This document shows positions 32,705-45,600 of a stretch of DNA of 64,000 nt, piece after piece. The translations under genes were made by a program, and so were the position numbers. Position 1 is the stretch's first letter, and each line of letters opens with the position of its first letter. The notes beneath the pieces were generated by a model that did no database searches, was not told the origin of the DNA, and saw only the letters and a list, made by a program, of their open reading frames with translations. The DNA is taken from contig CDMY01000458.1 of assembly GCA_001179505.1 (NCBI GenBank), forward strand, positions 1 through 64,000, written 5' to 3'. The stretch comes from Vitrella brassicaformis CCMP3155. Taxonomy: Eukaryota > Protista > Chromerida.

Positions 32705-35700
32705 ATGGCGTCTTGCCGCCTCGGCACCGCCTTTCGCAAGACCAACGAGGGAGCAAAGCGGCCGCCGACGGAGAAGGGGACGAACCTGCGTGGCAAGGAG
32801 GAGGGAGAGGGGCGGAGACGGAAGAAACGCATGACGGTGGCGGTGACGAGTCAGGTGATGGAGGGATTGCCGGTGCCCAAGGAAAAGGACATATACGAGG
32901 AGTTCACCAAGGACGGCAGGGTGCACCTGGCTGGGGCGGGGCTGATCCAGGAGCTGCTCAAGGCGTCAACTGGGGGAGCCACCGACGCCCAAAAGGTCTG
33001 TACGTGCTCCAAGAGACCAACATGCACCCATGAATCGCCTCCATTTTTTGACTTCAGGTCCCGACTTATGAGGCTGTCTGTCCGCCTGATGCGGACAGTG
33101 CCATGCTCCCCCTCCAACAGGAGCCACTCCAGGACGGTGAACGGCGAAGAGACCAAGAGGAAGAGCCTGTCGCCCCACCTCCGCCCCCCCGCACACCCAC
33201 CCCTCCGCCATCTGCCGCGCATACCGGTTGGAGGCGGCAGCTGGAGGTGCTGACGAGCATATCGTCTGCATACGGCTACAGTTGGGGCAAGGAGGGGCCT
33301 GTCGGCAAGAGGAAGAGCCGGCCGCCGACGAGCGGTGGGTGGAAGGTGCTGAAGGGAAGGCGCGAGCAGGATAGGGATGGGGACAAAAGGAGGGTGGAGG
33401 AAAAGGCCACGACGTACACTCCCCGGGCGGTGAGAGAGCGGATCGCAGACAAACTAAGGAGGTGAGCGGGGATGAGACGGAGATTACAGGTGCGATCCCT
33501 TTGCTCTGCTGTTCTGCTGCAGCATGTTTCCGTCCTGTCGTTTTCTCCTCCGTGAGCTGCTCATCACACCCGCCGTCTCAAACGCTTCAATCGTGCACCA
33601 ACTAGACGACGCACTCCCGTCCGCCTCGCCAGTGAGTTCACATACACAAACACATACACATACACATCGATCTCGACGGAAGACCAACTCATCTTTGCCG
33701 TGATGTCTCCTTTCAGGCGCCTGTTGACCTGTCGCTGGCGACACAGACGGCGCGAGACACGATCCCGCCTTCCACTCCGCCCACCACTAGGCCGCCATCG
33801 CCCCCGCAGACGTGCCGCCCATCACACGCCAAGGGGGGCGGCTTCGAGGCGCCCAGGAATGGCGGCCGCCCCTTCATGCTCCTCTTCCCGAGATATGATG
33901 TCGTTGTTATGAGTGAGCGGACTGACCGTCGGGAGAGGGGCGGGGGTTTCCATGGGACGTGATGATGCGTTGCCTGTCAGATGCGCGGCTTCCCCGGACG
34001 CGGTGCTGCAACGCGCCGGTTTTGTGCCGTTTTGACGTGTCGGAGGGCCTCAGCATCGCATGCACACAGCCAAACTGCCAGAGTATGCGTTCTTCAACTT
34101 AACAACCACACTCCTCACCGATCCTCTCTTTAATTCCTCAGTCCCTGCCCTGCCGATCGAGCCTCTTCCCGTCTCCCTTCGCTACGACCTCTGGGGCTCC
34201 CACATGAAGTACAATGACGGCCTTCTGCCGCCACTCGGTACCCACTCGCCCCCACAGACGGAGAGGCGGCGACCCCCCTCCGCCCACTCGTCCAGCTGCG
34301 CCAGCGACACCCACGAGGACGCATCGAATCGGATGTGGGCCTTCCAGATGCCCGCCAAGGGGGTGCCCACACAGCAGCAGGGGCGGCTGGGTGTGAGAGG
34401 GAAGCAGCTGGGCGAGAGCGCGCCGTCTTCTCCCCGTGACAAGCCGACGAGGAGGGGAGAGCGGCGCAAGAGTGACAACGGGCAGCTGCTGCAGGTCGAA
34501 CGGCCAGAGATTGGCGGGGTGGTCGGCATGTCGATCGTCCGCAGCTCGGCGACGATCGACGCCGCCTCGCCAATTGAGAAGACCGCCGATATTGTCAACA
34601 AAGAGCAGGAGGAGACAGTCGTGGAGGCGCCGCCACTGGCAGCGCCAGAGCGAGAAAAGGGGAGGCCCGCGACCGCTGCTGCGGCTCCAGGCCGGGATCA
34701 AGAGCGCGCAGAGTCGCCTCATTTCGACCTCAATGAGCTCCCGGCCTTTCGCCATGGCAACCGCACCCCCACCCTCCCTGCCAACCGCGCCAGGCACCCC
34801 TCTTTCGCGGCCCTCGAACGAGCATTGGCAACGGCCGGAGACGAGAAAACGAAACCATCAGGAGAGGGAGGCAAGAATGGTGGTGGGGGTGCCAATGGTG
34901 GTGACCGGAGCAGGCACAGCAGCCAGAGTTCGCTGATCCTCCATAGCGATGCAGAGGGGCCGCTGGTGCCCAAGGGTCATGGCACCACTTCCACCCCCGT
35001 GATATCCCCGCCCCGCAGCCGGCCGTCGACGCCATCTCTGTGTGAGGGAGATGAGATGGGGCTGCGGGAGAGGCCACGGAGCGCTCCTGACTCGGTGTCA
35101 CTGATGAGGAAACGGCTCCATGAGGTGGGTGGGTGTGGTGTGAGGGAGAGAAAGACATGGTCTTGTGCCTCATGATTGGTATGGTGTGTGGTTTGTCTCA
35201 CTTCTGCAGCTCGGTTGGATGGCTCGCGCCAACACCACAGACACCTACCACACCCCCACCATCCCCCTGGTCCACCACTTCCCCCCGGCACCCGCCCCAC
35301 ACTCCCCCCCACTCATCCAAAATCACCACCTGCACCAGCAGCAGCAACTCAGGGGAGACATCGAGCCGCCAAGGGGAGAGACATCTCCCTTAGGCCGCGT
35401 GACGCCGTCCTTCCCCCAGCCAGAGCCGTCACAAAGAGAGGAGCAGCCAGGCGGCACAACCGCCCTGGCACTGTCTCTCCCTTTGCCAGTGAACCTCTTC
35501 ACCCGCAGCATCCCCGTCACGGCTGCGCAGAATCAGAGTGCACGTGTGGCCGGCAGACCCACCCCACGGCCGCCGAGGGGCCGCCGGACATTCCTGCATT
35601 CGCACGAGGGGGCGGCCGCGACGGTCCTTCCCTTGCCGAAGCACCGATGGGGGATGCCGCTCGTTCCTCCACTGGCCAAGATTGCCCGGCCCAACGAAGA

Positions 35701-36630
35701 CCTGGAGCAGGCTGACGAGCATGCAGATGAGAGGAGGGGGCTCACTGCGCGGCCGCACACGTCGAGGACGGCAAGGAAGGCCGCCTTGGTTCGTGGGGGT
35801 TTGGGAATTGGGGATCGGTTTGAGTACCAGCCTTGTGTGGGGGATCGGCCGCAGACGAGCCGCGTGAGCAAGAAGTTCAGTGAGCGGCCCTTCTACACAC
35901 CCGTGAGGGAGGCAGGGAGAAAGACATGCACTGCACTGCACGAGAGACAGACATGAACGGGGCAATGTTGCCTGTGTGTGTGCGTGTGTGTGTGTTCAGG
36001 AGGTGGTGCACGGCCCTTCGATGGAAAAGCTCAAGAAGGTATAAAAGACATTGCCACCCGGGGACGATTAGCAAGTGTTCTGTCCTCGTCTGTCTGTGTT
36101 GATTTAGGCGTTTGAGACCGCCCTGACGTACTCGCGACCGGCCGCGCGCCGATTGACAGATGGCTAACCCCCCACCCACCGACCTCAGCCCACCCCACCT
36201 TCCCTTGGTTACATAGAACAATGTAGAGTTTTGACCTATCGCAGAGGTGCGTGTTGACGCGTGTGTAAGGTTTGTTTTGTGTCTGTCGGTAGCACACACA
36301 CTTGCTTGGTGCCACGATGGTGGTGGTGGACACATCAAGACATATATATATGACATCAACACAGAAACGTCTGCCAAGTTCTCGCGAACGGACATGCCGC
36401 CTCCTTGTGTGCAATTTGACCGTTTCAGCATCGAGCTGGAGATGCATCGCGCCCTTGAGAGCATGGCGCTTTGCACCCACAGGCCGATGACGTCACGGTC
36501 AAGCCACACACGAGGCGCTAGCACAACGATAGGTTCACACACCAACCACACTCTCTTGGCAATGAGACGACGGTCATTCGCTGTCCGTCCTCCGCCTTTT
36601 CCCCATCGAAGCCGCCTCTGGCGTATTTGA
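32705..36630 (+). CDS. Large low-complexity (Pro/Ser/Arg-rich) multi-exon hypothetical protein
   Basis: Consecutive GC3-rich exons (32705-~32995, ~33060-33460, ~33720-33910, ~34140-35120, ~35330-35905, ~36000-36045, ~36295-36630); joining not fully verified. Confidence 0.4.
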
Positions 36631-36833
36631 ACAGGGGCGACACGACTGAGGGCAAGGGATCGAACAAACAGCAGATCACCGTCATTCACCATATGTTCTT
36701 TAGTTGGTTCAACACGCTCCCCGGCAGCAACGCCCTCACGACAAATAAATCCTGCTCCTCTTTGTCTGTCTCTTATCTCTCTGCGCGGTCATCTCATCCT
36801 TGGCATCTACTAGGCATATGCGGATCAATCACA

Positions 36834-36909
36834 TCACCCGTACATATCCTCCTGAAACCCCGGCCCTCGGCTCGGGCGAAGATGGTCATTGTCGGGATCG
36901 ATGCCCCTG

Positions 36910-36956
<47 letters not shown>

Positions 36957-37822
36957 CGTTTGTATGCACACGCCGCCACACGTGTCCCCCCTCTCACCTG
37001 CCGGGAAACGGCCCCAAGGGGTCGAATCGGATGTTGCCCCGGCCACGCCCAGCCCCCACTCCACCAGGCATCCCGCCGCCGAACATGGGGTCGCGGGGAC
37101 CCACCAGATTGCCGTCAGGACCGAAATACCTGCACACACCACAGACACCTCAGTCCGTATGCTTTGTGTGTTGGCTGCCACATGCTCAGTGACTCACCCG
37201 GGTCCGCCCATGCCGAGTGGTGGGTCTCCGAGGTCGCTGTCGGGCCGCCATGGGGGAAACCGCTCGTCGCGCAGGGGGTCGCTCATGGGGGGCGGCTGGG
37301 GAGGGGCCGCAGGATGCGATGCCGACGCAGCGGGCTTGGTCTCACCTGACGTGGCCAACGCACACACAGAAGCGTTGGCTGCAGGCGTGTGTGTGCTAGA
37401 GGGGGTGGGGTGTAGTTTACTTGTTGCTGCTGCAGCGGGGCTGAGACGGTCAACAATGGCGCGGCGAAAGGCCGTCTCCTGCGAATGGATGGATGGATGG
37501 ACGGATGACACACACGTCCGTATCATGCGCTCGGTGATGTGACGGGACCTGGTGTGTCGTTACTTACGATTGCTTTGAGGTCCTTGAAGGCATCAACGAG
37601 CGAACCGTCGGCATCTAGATGAGCTGTCAGATCTTCACCCTTCTTGGCCAAAACCTCAGACGGTCTGAACCACATCACAGCGAACAAACAGAACGGTCAC
37701 GATACCGATACCGGAGATGTCCTGTGTGTGTGCGTGCGTGTGTTACGTGATCTCATAGTTGAGCAGCGCCGATTCCTTGCCGCCACTCAGTGATTGCTCT
37801 GAACCACACACGCACACACGCA

Positions 37823-37856
<34 letters not shown>

Positions 37857-38367
37857 CGTTCAGCCACTCGTGTGTGGACGCCGTTGCTGCTCATGTGGCA
37901 GGCACATGTGACGTACCGACAGCATGAACAGACAGCGTGTTGCCGATGACGATGGCCTTGACGACCGCCCGGCTGACGCCCTGCTTGGACGGCGGGGTGT
38001 AGTTGAAGGCGTACGCATCGCTGTTGGCATTCCACGACGGCAGCAGCACCACCCTCACCACACTCCCGTCACCCGCCTTGCTCATGCCTAGTCACCAGAG
38101 AGACACCCAGGCAGACACACACACAGGAAGATGATCTATCACCGTTTTGTCTCTCTCCTGTTTGTGTTTGTGTTTCTCTCTTTCTGCCCGGCTGTGTCTG
38201 CCGCTGATGTGCTCATTGACTGACTCCCGGTATGGGATACCTCCAGCCTCGTCGGTGCATTCGAGCGTGTATCCGCTGTCGAGCAGACAGCCGTGCAGCG
38301 CCAACACACAGCAGTCGGTGGCTGACCGGCACCCAGCCAGCTTGGACAAGGCCTCTAGCTGACGCAT
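36834..38367 (-). CDS. PSMF1: Proteasome inhibitor PI31 (PSMF1) homologue
   Basis: FP-domain motifs CVLALHGCLLDSGY and LLPSWNANSDAYAFNY..VKAIVIGNTLSV; Pro/Gly-rich tail GNLVGPRDPMFGG..IRFDPLGPFPG..PDNDHLRP..DMYG* ending in an HbYX-like M-Y-G. Confidence 0.85.
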
Positions 38368-38393
38368 TTCTCCTTTCCTTCTCTCCTACCAAT

Positions 38394-38429
38394 TGCGAGC
38401 TGCAAATGATTCGTCTCTCTAAGCTCGCA
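38394..38429. promoter_or_regulatory. Two oppositely oriented TGCGAGCT motifs in a bidirectional promoter
   Basis: 38394-38401 (+) and 38422-38429 (-), between PI31 and the propeptide-repeat gene. Confidence 0.4.
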
Positions 38430-38530
38430 CTTGAGAGGGAGGAGGGAATAGGAGGGCCGGATCTTACGTTGATTACAAGCGGTTTTGCGATTCCCTGTTG
38501 AGCAGAGATACCATCACACCACCGCAGCAG

Positions 38531-40163
38531 ATGTCGTCGATGCGCTCCCTTCGTCTCGCCCTCTTTGCCCTTGTGGCAGTGTGCACCGCCGCGCCCGCAG
38601 CAGACCAGGCACACAAGGGCGGTACGGACACGCCCACACGTACACACAGCAAGTGGTGCCTTCCGCCTCCCTCTCACCCTGTGTGTGCGCACTGTGTGTG
38701 TCGTGTTGTGTGTCAGTGCCTGCGAGTGCCAAGAATGTGACGACTTTCGGCAAGAGCGGCCCGTTCGCCAAGCTGGACCCCTTCCTGCTGCGGGCCTACA
38801 AAAACTGGCAGGACCGGCCCTCACCCGGCAAAACCAGCACCACCACAACCGCCACCAGCACCAACAACACACGTACGCCCTCACACACGAGAGGGGGGGT
38901 GCTTGGGTGCACTGTAACTCTCTCTGTCTGTCTGTCTGTCTGCCTCTCTGTGTGCCCCAGAGGCGGACACGCTGTCGTTTGTGAGGGAGACCGTGACTGT
39001 GGATGCTGTGGCGGCGGGTGAGGTGGCGGCCCTGCAGCAGTCGCTGGAGGCCGTGAGCGAGGAGGAGGTCGTCTGCTACGGCCACGTGTGCTCCGCACAG
39101 GTGGCCGTCGAGAGGGTGCCTGACCTTGCGCCAATGACGGAACTCAAATCTGCCAGCCTCGCTATGGCCAGTGAGTCGACGCACACACACACAGAGACAG
39201 GGAGAAGGGGAGAAAGGAATCCTCTCGTGTGTGTCAGGTACAGTTGTAGACAGGCCAGTGACAACTGACGACAACAACACCAGCACCAGCACCAGCACCA
39301 CCACAGCCTCAAGCAGCAACCCCAAGCCCGCCAGCAAGCTGGACGCCACCCTACGCAGCATCTACCAGCAGCACGTCTCCAATGGCACCAACACAGGGGC
39401 CAGCTCCCTCTCCACCATCCTCCCAGAGGCCGCCATGCTCTCCAACGATACCGTCACCGTCGACGCCGTCGCAGCCGAGAGGGACAACGCCACGGCACTC
39501 AAGACCGACCTCGAGGCTCTCACCGGCCAAGAGGTGTCATGCTACCAGCACATGTGCTCGGCCAGGGTGCCCGTAGGCGCGATAATGGAGCTTGAGGACA
39601 TGGAAAGCCTCGCCTTCGCCCGAGCGGCCATGGCCACCACACACCCAAACCCAAACCAGCCAGTGGGTGTGGGCGGCATCGGACGGGACCTGTACACCTC
39701 GGCTGCTGCGTCACCTGAGGCAGATGCAGCAGCAGCAGCTGAGAAACCTGAGTCGAAGCTGGACGGCACGCTGCAGCGGCTGGCGAGCGACTGGAAGGGA
39801 GACAGAGAGGGAGAGGGAGAGGGGGCGACGGTGCTGGGAGCCACGGTGAGAGACGGCCACGTGACTATCGACGCAGTGGCTGCGTCTGAAGCCGAGGCGG
39901 CCGATCTGAAGACCAGCCTGGAGGGGCTGACCAGCCACTCGGTCGTGTGTGTGAGCAAGATCTGCAGCACCAACATCCCTCTGAGCGCGCTGGCGGGTTT
40001 GGAGGAGGTCGAGAGCCTCGAGTATGCTCGACCGAGCAAGATGGTGCTGCGTGGGTCGTCCCAGGACATCATGGGGGCGCGCGGGTCGCAGGGCATGCAG
40101 GGGGCGATGGCGGCTCGGGCGGCGGCTAGGATGAAGAGCCACAACAGCCTCAGGGCACCCTGA
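38531..40163 (+). CDS. Secreted protein of three tandem subtilase (S8/S53-like) propeptide-like domains, no catalytic domain
   Basis: Signal peptide MSSMRSLRLALFALVAVCTA; three repeats of KLD..L / V(T/D)(V/I)DAVA..(A/D)L..(S/D)LE(A/G)(V/L)..C-x4-CS..(V/I)P..(L/E)..SL..AR; stop at 40161-40163. Confidence 0.75.
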
Positions 40164-40383
40164 TGGCAGACAGGCTGGCTGGCCGGCAGCCGTAGATTGA
40201 TCAACGGATAGCCATCTGGATGGATGGATGGACAGATCCGTAGCGTAGATAGTCAGTCTTTTTTCGGTGCGGTGTGGGTGTGTCGTGGATAGCCAGGCAG
40301 CTAGATGTCTAGATTTGTGGAGCCTTTACGCGAGGCAGACCCGCACAATGACACGGCAGATTGACAGATTGACAGATGAACAC

Positions 40384-40683
40384 NNNNNNNNNNNNNNNNN
40401 NNNNNNNNNNNNNNNNNNNNNNNNNNNNNNNNNNNNNNNNNNNNNNNNNNNNNNNNNNNNNNNNNNNNNNNNNNNNNNNNNNNNNNNNNNNNNNNNNNNN
40501 NNNNNNNNNNNNNNNNNNNNNNNNNNNNNNNNNNNNNNNNNNNNNNNNNNNNNNNNNNNNNNNNNNNNNNNNNNNNNNNNNNNNNNNNNNNNNNNNNNNN
40601 NNNNNNNNNNNNNNNNNNNNNNNNNNNNNNNNNNNNNNNNNNNNNNNNNNNNNNNNNNNNNNNNNNNNNNNNNNNNNNNNNNN
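40384..40683. other. Assembly gap (300 N)
   Basis: Exactly 300 N. Confidence 0.95.
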
Positions 40684-41716
40684 GCGGGGGGGGGGGCTGG
40701 GGATGAGCAGAGAGGCTTGGGCGGGTGAGTGAGTGTGAGTGGTACTGTAGCCTATAGATTTGTGTCGATAGATACAATGTTGTCTATTCTATGCCGAGAG
40801 AGACACACCTGTGTGTGTGTGTGTGTGTGTGGGTGTGTGTGGGTGTACGTCTATCTTATCTAATACATGTGTGTCGTCTGTTGATCCATCCATCCATCCA
40901 TCTCAATGCAGGTGTGTGTGTGCGTGTGCGAGCGCATCAGAGAGAGAGAGAGAGTATGCGTCAGTCATTAATGTCAGCCACGAGACAGTAATTCACCGGG
41001 AGGGAGGGAGAAGGAGAGAGATGCTGTCGATATGATGTATGATGTTCTAGGGGGAGGGGTGGGGGGGCGTTTTGGTCAAGGTCAGTCAGGCAGCCAAGCA
41101 AGCCACCAAGTTGGCACGTCCATCGGTGTTGGTGTGTGCCTTGTGTACGTCAGTCACGTCATGCAGCAAGTACAGTACGGTAGAGGCAGGCAGGGCAGGC
41201 AATGCAGTACACACAACTCCTTTTTCCTTTCTCTCGCAGCGTCCAGCCATCCATCCATGGGACGCTAGAATGGGTATTTGTTGAGACGGACGTGCAATGG
41301 GTGGGTGTGGGTACCTGTCACACACACTCACTACTACTCACTCACACACACACTGCATGTCGCCACCCATGCACACCACTCACTCGGAAGAACTGGGAGG
41401 GAGGGAGAATTCCCTCTGCCTGCTACTGACTGACTGCACGGTATGATTGATGATGGTGCGATGCATGACAAGAGCTGATGGATTGTATACGAGATTTATT
41501 TAACACACACAGTTCACAACCCATACAAGCTCTACCTACGCATGTATGTGTCTGTCAACCAACGATTAATCGTTTCCTCACACCCCTCAAGCCATTCACC
41601 GCAAACACACCACACACACATCAGGTGTGCACACACAGGCAGGCCTTTGAGCCCACTACTACGTACGTATCCGCCCCTGCCCACGGTCCCCCACCGCCCC
41701 CCTCGCCATGCCATCA

Positions 41717-42480
41717 TCAATCATCCTCCTGGCCTTCGTCAGCCCACGACGGTGTGTGCGCCGCAGTGCTGCCCGCCGTGGCCGGCTGGGTGGTCACTGC
41801 AGGCGACATGCGTGGCCAAGGCGACGGACCCGCACCACCCCCACCCCCACCAACCTGGGTACAAGAGAGAGGGGACGTGCCCTGAGTGCCTTCATGTGTG
41901 TGTGTGTGTGAACTGACCAGTTTGGTCGGTGACATCATCATGTTCATGTCTTGGATGTCTTGTGTCTGTTCGAGGAGCATGGCCTTGACCTCGGGCAGCT
42001 TGCCGGCTTCTCTGCGGAAGCAGTCGAAGCACCGGGGGGCGGCAGACAGCTCAATCAGCTGGCGATGGTCGAAACGCTCGGGGCCTGCCACACACACACA
42101 GAGAGAGAGAGTGGAGGGCAGAGAGAGACATTTGTGTGTGTGGGGAAGGAAGGTTGCAGACAGACATACAAGCCAGGTTAGTGAAGGGGTCGGCGGGATC
42201 CATAACGAGCGGCCGCTGGGCCAGCAGCGGACCCCAGATGTCACCGTACTGCACTCAACACAGTATGGGATGAGTGTGTCTCTCCCTCCCTCTCTCCATC
42301 TCCCCCTCCCTCACTCACCTCGTAGGCGGCGAGCTTCGCACTCTCCGGCAACTGCTGCTGCTGCTCCTTCTGGTGTGCAGTATCAGTGTCGTTGTCAGCC
42401 CCCCATGTGAGGTTGAGTGACGCGAAACCTCGACACACCTCAAACACTCCTGCCACCACACACAACAGACTCCCCTGCAA

Positions 42481-42513
<33 letters not shown>

Positions 42514-42571
42514 TGAAGAGAGAGAGTAGACTCGCTGCTTTGTGGCCTTTTTCGTGCGGATTGCCTGCTGC

Positions 42572-42609
<38 letters not shown>

Positions 42610-45600
42610 GTGGTGCCGTAGTTGGTGTGCCGCATGTATGCCGAGCAGCTCCAGCAGGTAGTCCGACGGAGTGGTGAGCGCACTCGACCACGGCTGCCGC
42701 GACGACCACAGATGCACCAGACGCATCGCCTCCTTCACCTGCACACACACACACACACGTGGGTGTGGGGGGCATGGGGGCTTTGGGCGGAGGGGATGGG
42801 GGGCCGGTACATATTTGTTTTGCTGTGCGACGATCTGTGTGGCGTGTTTGGCGGATGCTGGGGTGAGGTAGTGCCTGAGGTGCTGGGGGGTGTCCCGCAC
42901 ACACGACCACAGCGAGGAGGGCGTCGCATACACGGGGCTCAGCTGAATCCTGCACACCACACCACCACGCAACTTTGCTTCTCCCTCCCTCCCTCTCTAG
43001 GCCCTTTCCGACCTTATGTGCAGCGGTCCGGCCTTGTCGATCATGTCCCTCTCCTCGTCGCCCAGCCCGTCGACATCTCTGCGGACGGGCTTCTCCGGCA
43101 CCATCTCGAGGCACACACCACTCCCGTCGCCGCCCACACAGAAGTTGCCCGCCTGGTGGGAGGCCAGGTGCACCTGCAAGATGGCCTGCAGTGTCTCGAG
43201 GATCGACGGCAGCCTGACAGACAGAGAGAGGGGGAGAGAGGGAGAGGGAGAGGGAGGGGTGGGTTTAGGGTGTGTGGGCGAATGTGATGGGGCTTGGCTG
43301 TACCGAACCGACCATTTGTGGTGGTCTTTGTGCGGCAGCTGCTTGACCATGAGGACGATGAGGGCGTCGGCCTTCTCCAACGTCACCAGACCCTTGCCCA
43401 CACCCCCACCTGTGTGTGTGTGTGTGTAGAGTGTAACCACCACCAAGACACAGACAGTGCTGTCTCCCGTGTGCTCTGTGTGTGTGTGTATGTGTGTGTG
43501 TGTGTGTATGTGTGTGGAAGGGGTGGCTAGCGCACCTCTGACGACTTCTGTGACGGCGAGAAACGACTGCGTGGCGAGGATCTCGCAGAGAGCCGACACA
43601 CTCGACTGCACACTGCACACATGGACAGATAGAGACAGAGGCAGCAAAAGAAAACAGTGCTGTAGTGGATGTGTGTGTGTGAGTGTGTGTGTGTGTGTGT
43701 ATACGTCTTATAGTGCGCCTTTGACGCATATTTGTCGTGGATATCGTGGAGAATGTCGTCGGTCAGCTCCAGCGAATACATACGCTGCAGCAGCTGCCTG
43801 TGCACACACACACACACACACACATATATACAGAGAGAGAGACACAGACACTCACCTTTTCATAGCGCCGGGGGACGGCTTCGTCTCACCCACACCGCCA
43901 CCAGCACCAGCAGCAGGGGCAGGCAGCCTGCACAAGCAAAGCAAAGCAAGGCCACCATATCACATCTATGGCGGTGTGTTGATGTCGATGTGTGTGTGTG
44001 GGTCACTCACTTGGTGGTGTCGTCTGTATCTTTCCCGTCCCCCTCCCCGTCCCCCTTGTTAGTGCGAGTATCACTGTCCGTGTGGGCGTGTGTGTTGGCG
44101 TCAGAACGGACTGGCCTCTGGTGCAGTGCCACCATGCTGACACATAGAGAAGCTCAATTATCGGCTGTGTGTGAGGTGAGATGTGAGGGGGTGTGGTGAA
44201 ATATACCCGTTCCCGATGAGTCTGAAGGTCTGTGGGTGTCGCTTGAAGAGCACTGACGGCCGCACACCCACAATGGCTGCACGCGCGACACACACATACA
44301 TACACACACACACACATAGACACGATGGCTGCACCTTGGACACGTACCACTGACGGGGGTCTTGTGTTTCCTTCTGAAGGTGTCGCAGAGGGCGGACACC
44401 TGCACACCATTACTCGCCCCTGCAAACACCAACACACACACGTATGCCCCGTGTGTGTGTGTGTGTACCGTGTTGCTCCTCGATCAGTTTGGCCAGCTCC
44501 TTGACGACGGCCGGCTCATCCTCAGGCACACTGCGATCAGGCCTCTCACCACCACCACCACCACCGCCACCACCACCGCCACCACCACCGCCACCACCAC
44601 CGCCACCACCGCCACCATCAGCAGCAAACTTGCCGTCTGCACACACACCATACCGATGCCCCCAACACATACACACACACACACACACGGACGCGCCCGC
44701 CCACCGGTGTGTATGTGTCTGTGCAGTGACGCCATCGGGGGCTCAGCGTCGCCCCTGAACTGAAACAGCTGAGGGTTCTCACACAAGTAGGCCGCCGTCG
44801 GTGTCCCCAACACACTCGACAAACTGACACACACACACACACACACACAATCAGCGGGGGATTTGGCGTGAGAGAGGCGTGTGTGCGCACCTGCAATGGT
44901 GCTCCAGCTCGAAGCGTCGTTCGAGGTCTGCAACGGACATCGCCCCCTCCGCACCGCTCAATATCACCTGCCCCACACACATCCATCCATCCATCCATCC
45001 ATGGCTCCGGCACACACACGCACGATTGGGTGTACTGTACTCCTGGACTGACCTGGACGGCCTTGAGCACGTCGCCATGCTCCCACTGATACTCACCATG
45101 CCCACTCCCACTCTCACTCTGATGATTACGATCGCCCTCTCCCTCTCCCTCGTCGCCCCCACCACCCTCCTGCAAGTCGCCGTACCCCGGCGGCGGACAC
45201 TCGTCGTCCACACCCACCCCCACACCCATGCCACACACCCCCATGCCCCAGTTCATAGTGGTGCTGCCATGGTGGCCACTGTGGCTGCTGCTGTAGGGGG
45301 CGAGGTAGGCCTCGGGAGTGTAGGCGTACGGCTGCTGCTGCTGCTGCTGGTGGTAGCTGCACTGGTAGTGGTCATCCTGCTGCAGGTGGTGGCTGTAGTG
45401 GTGCATGGCTGGGTGTGGGTGTGGGTAAGGGGTGGGCGGGGGGAGTGGGGGCATGTTCTGCGCCTCTGGGCACCTGACCAACCATCGGACACGGCACACA
45501 CACACATCTTTGCGTTGCGTGTGTGTAGTGATGTGTTGTGTCTGTTGGGCTAGCTAGGTAGCTACAGGGAAATGATGAAGGAGGCGCCCCCTCCGACGGT

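Noticed and set aside
44540-44620. (ACC)n and the (CAG)n run at 42560-42610 as independent repeats
   Set aside because: They encode poly-Gly and poly-Gln within the OAS-like gene.
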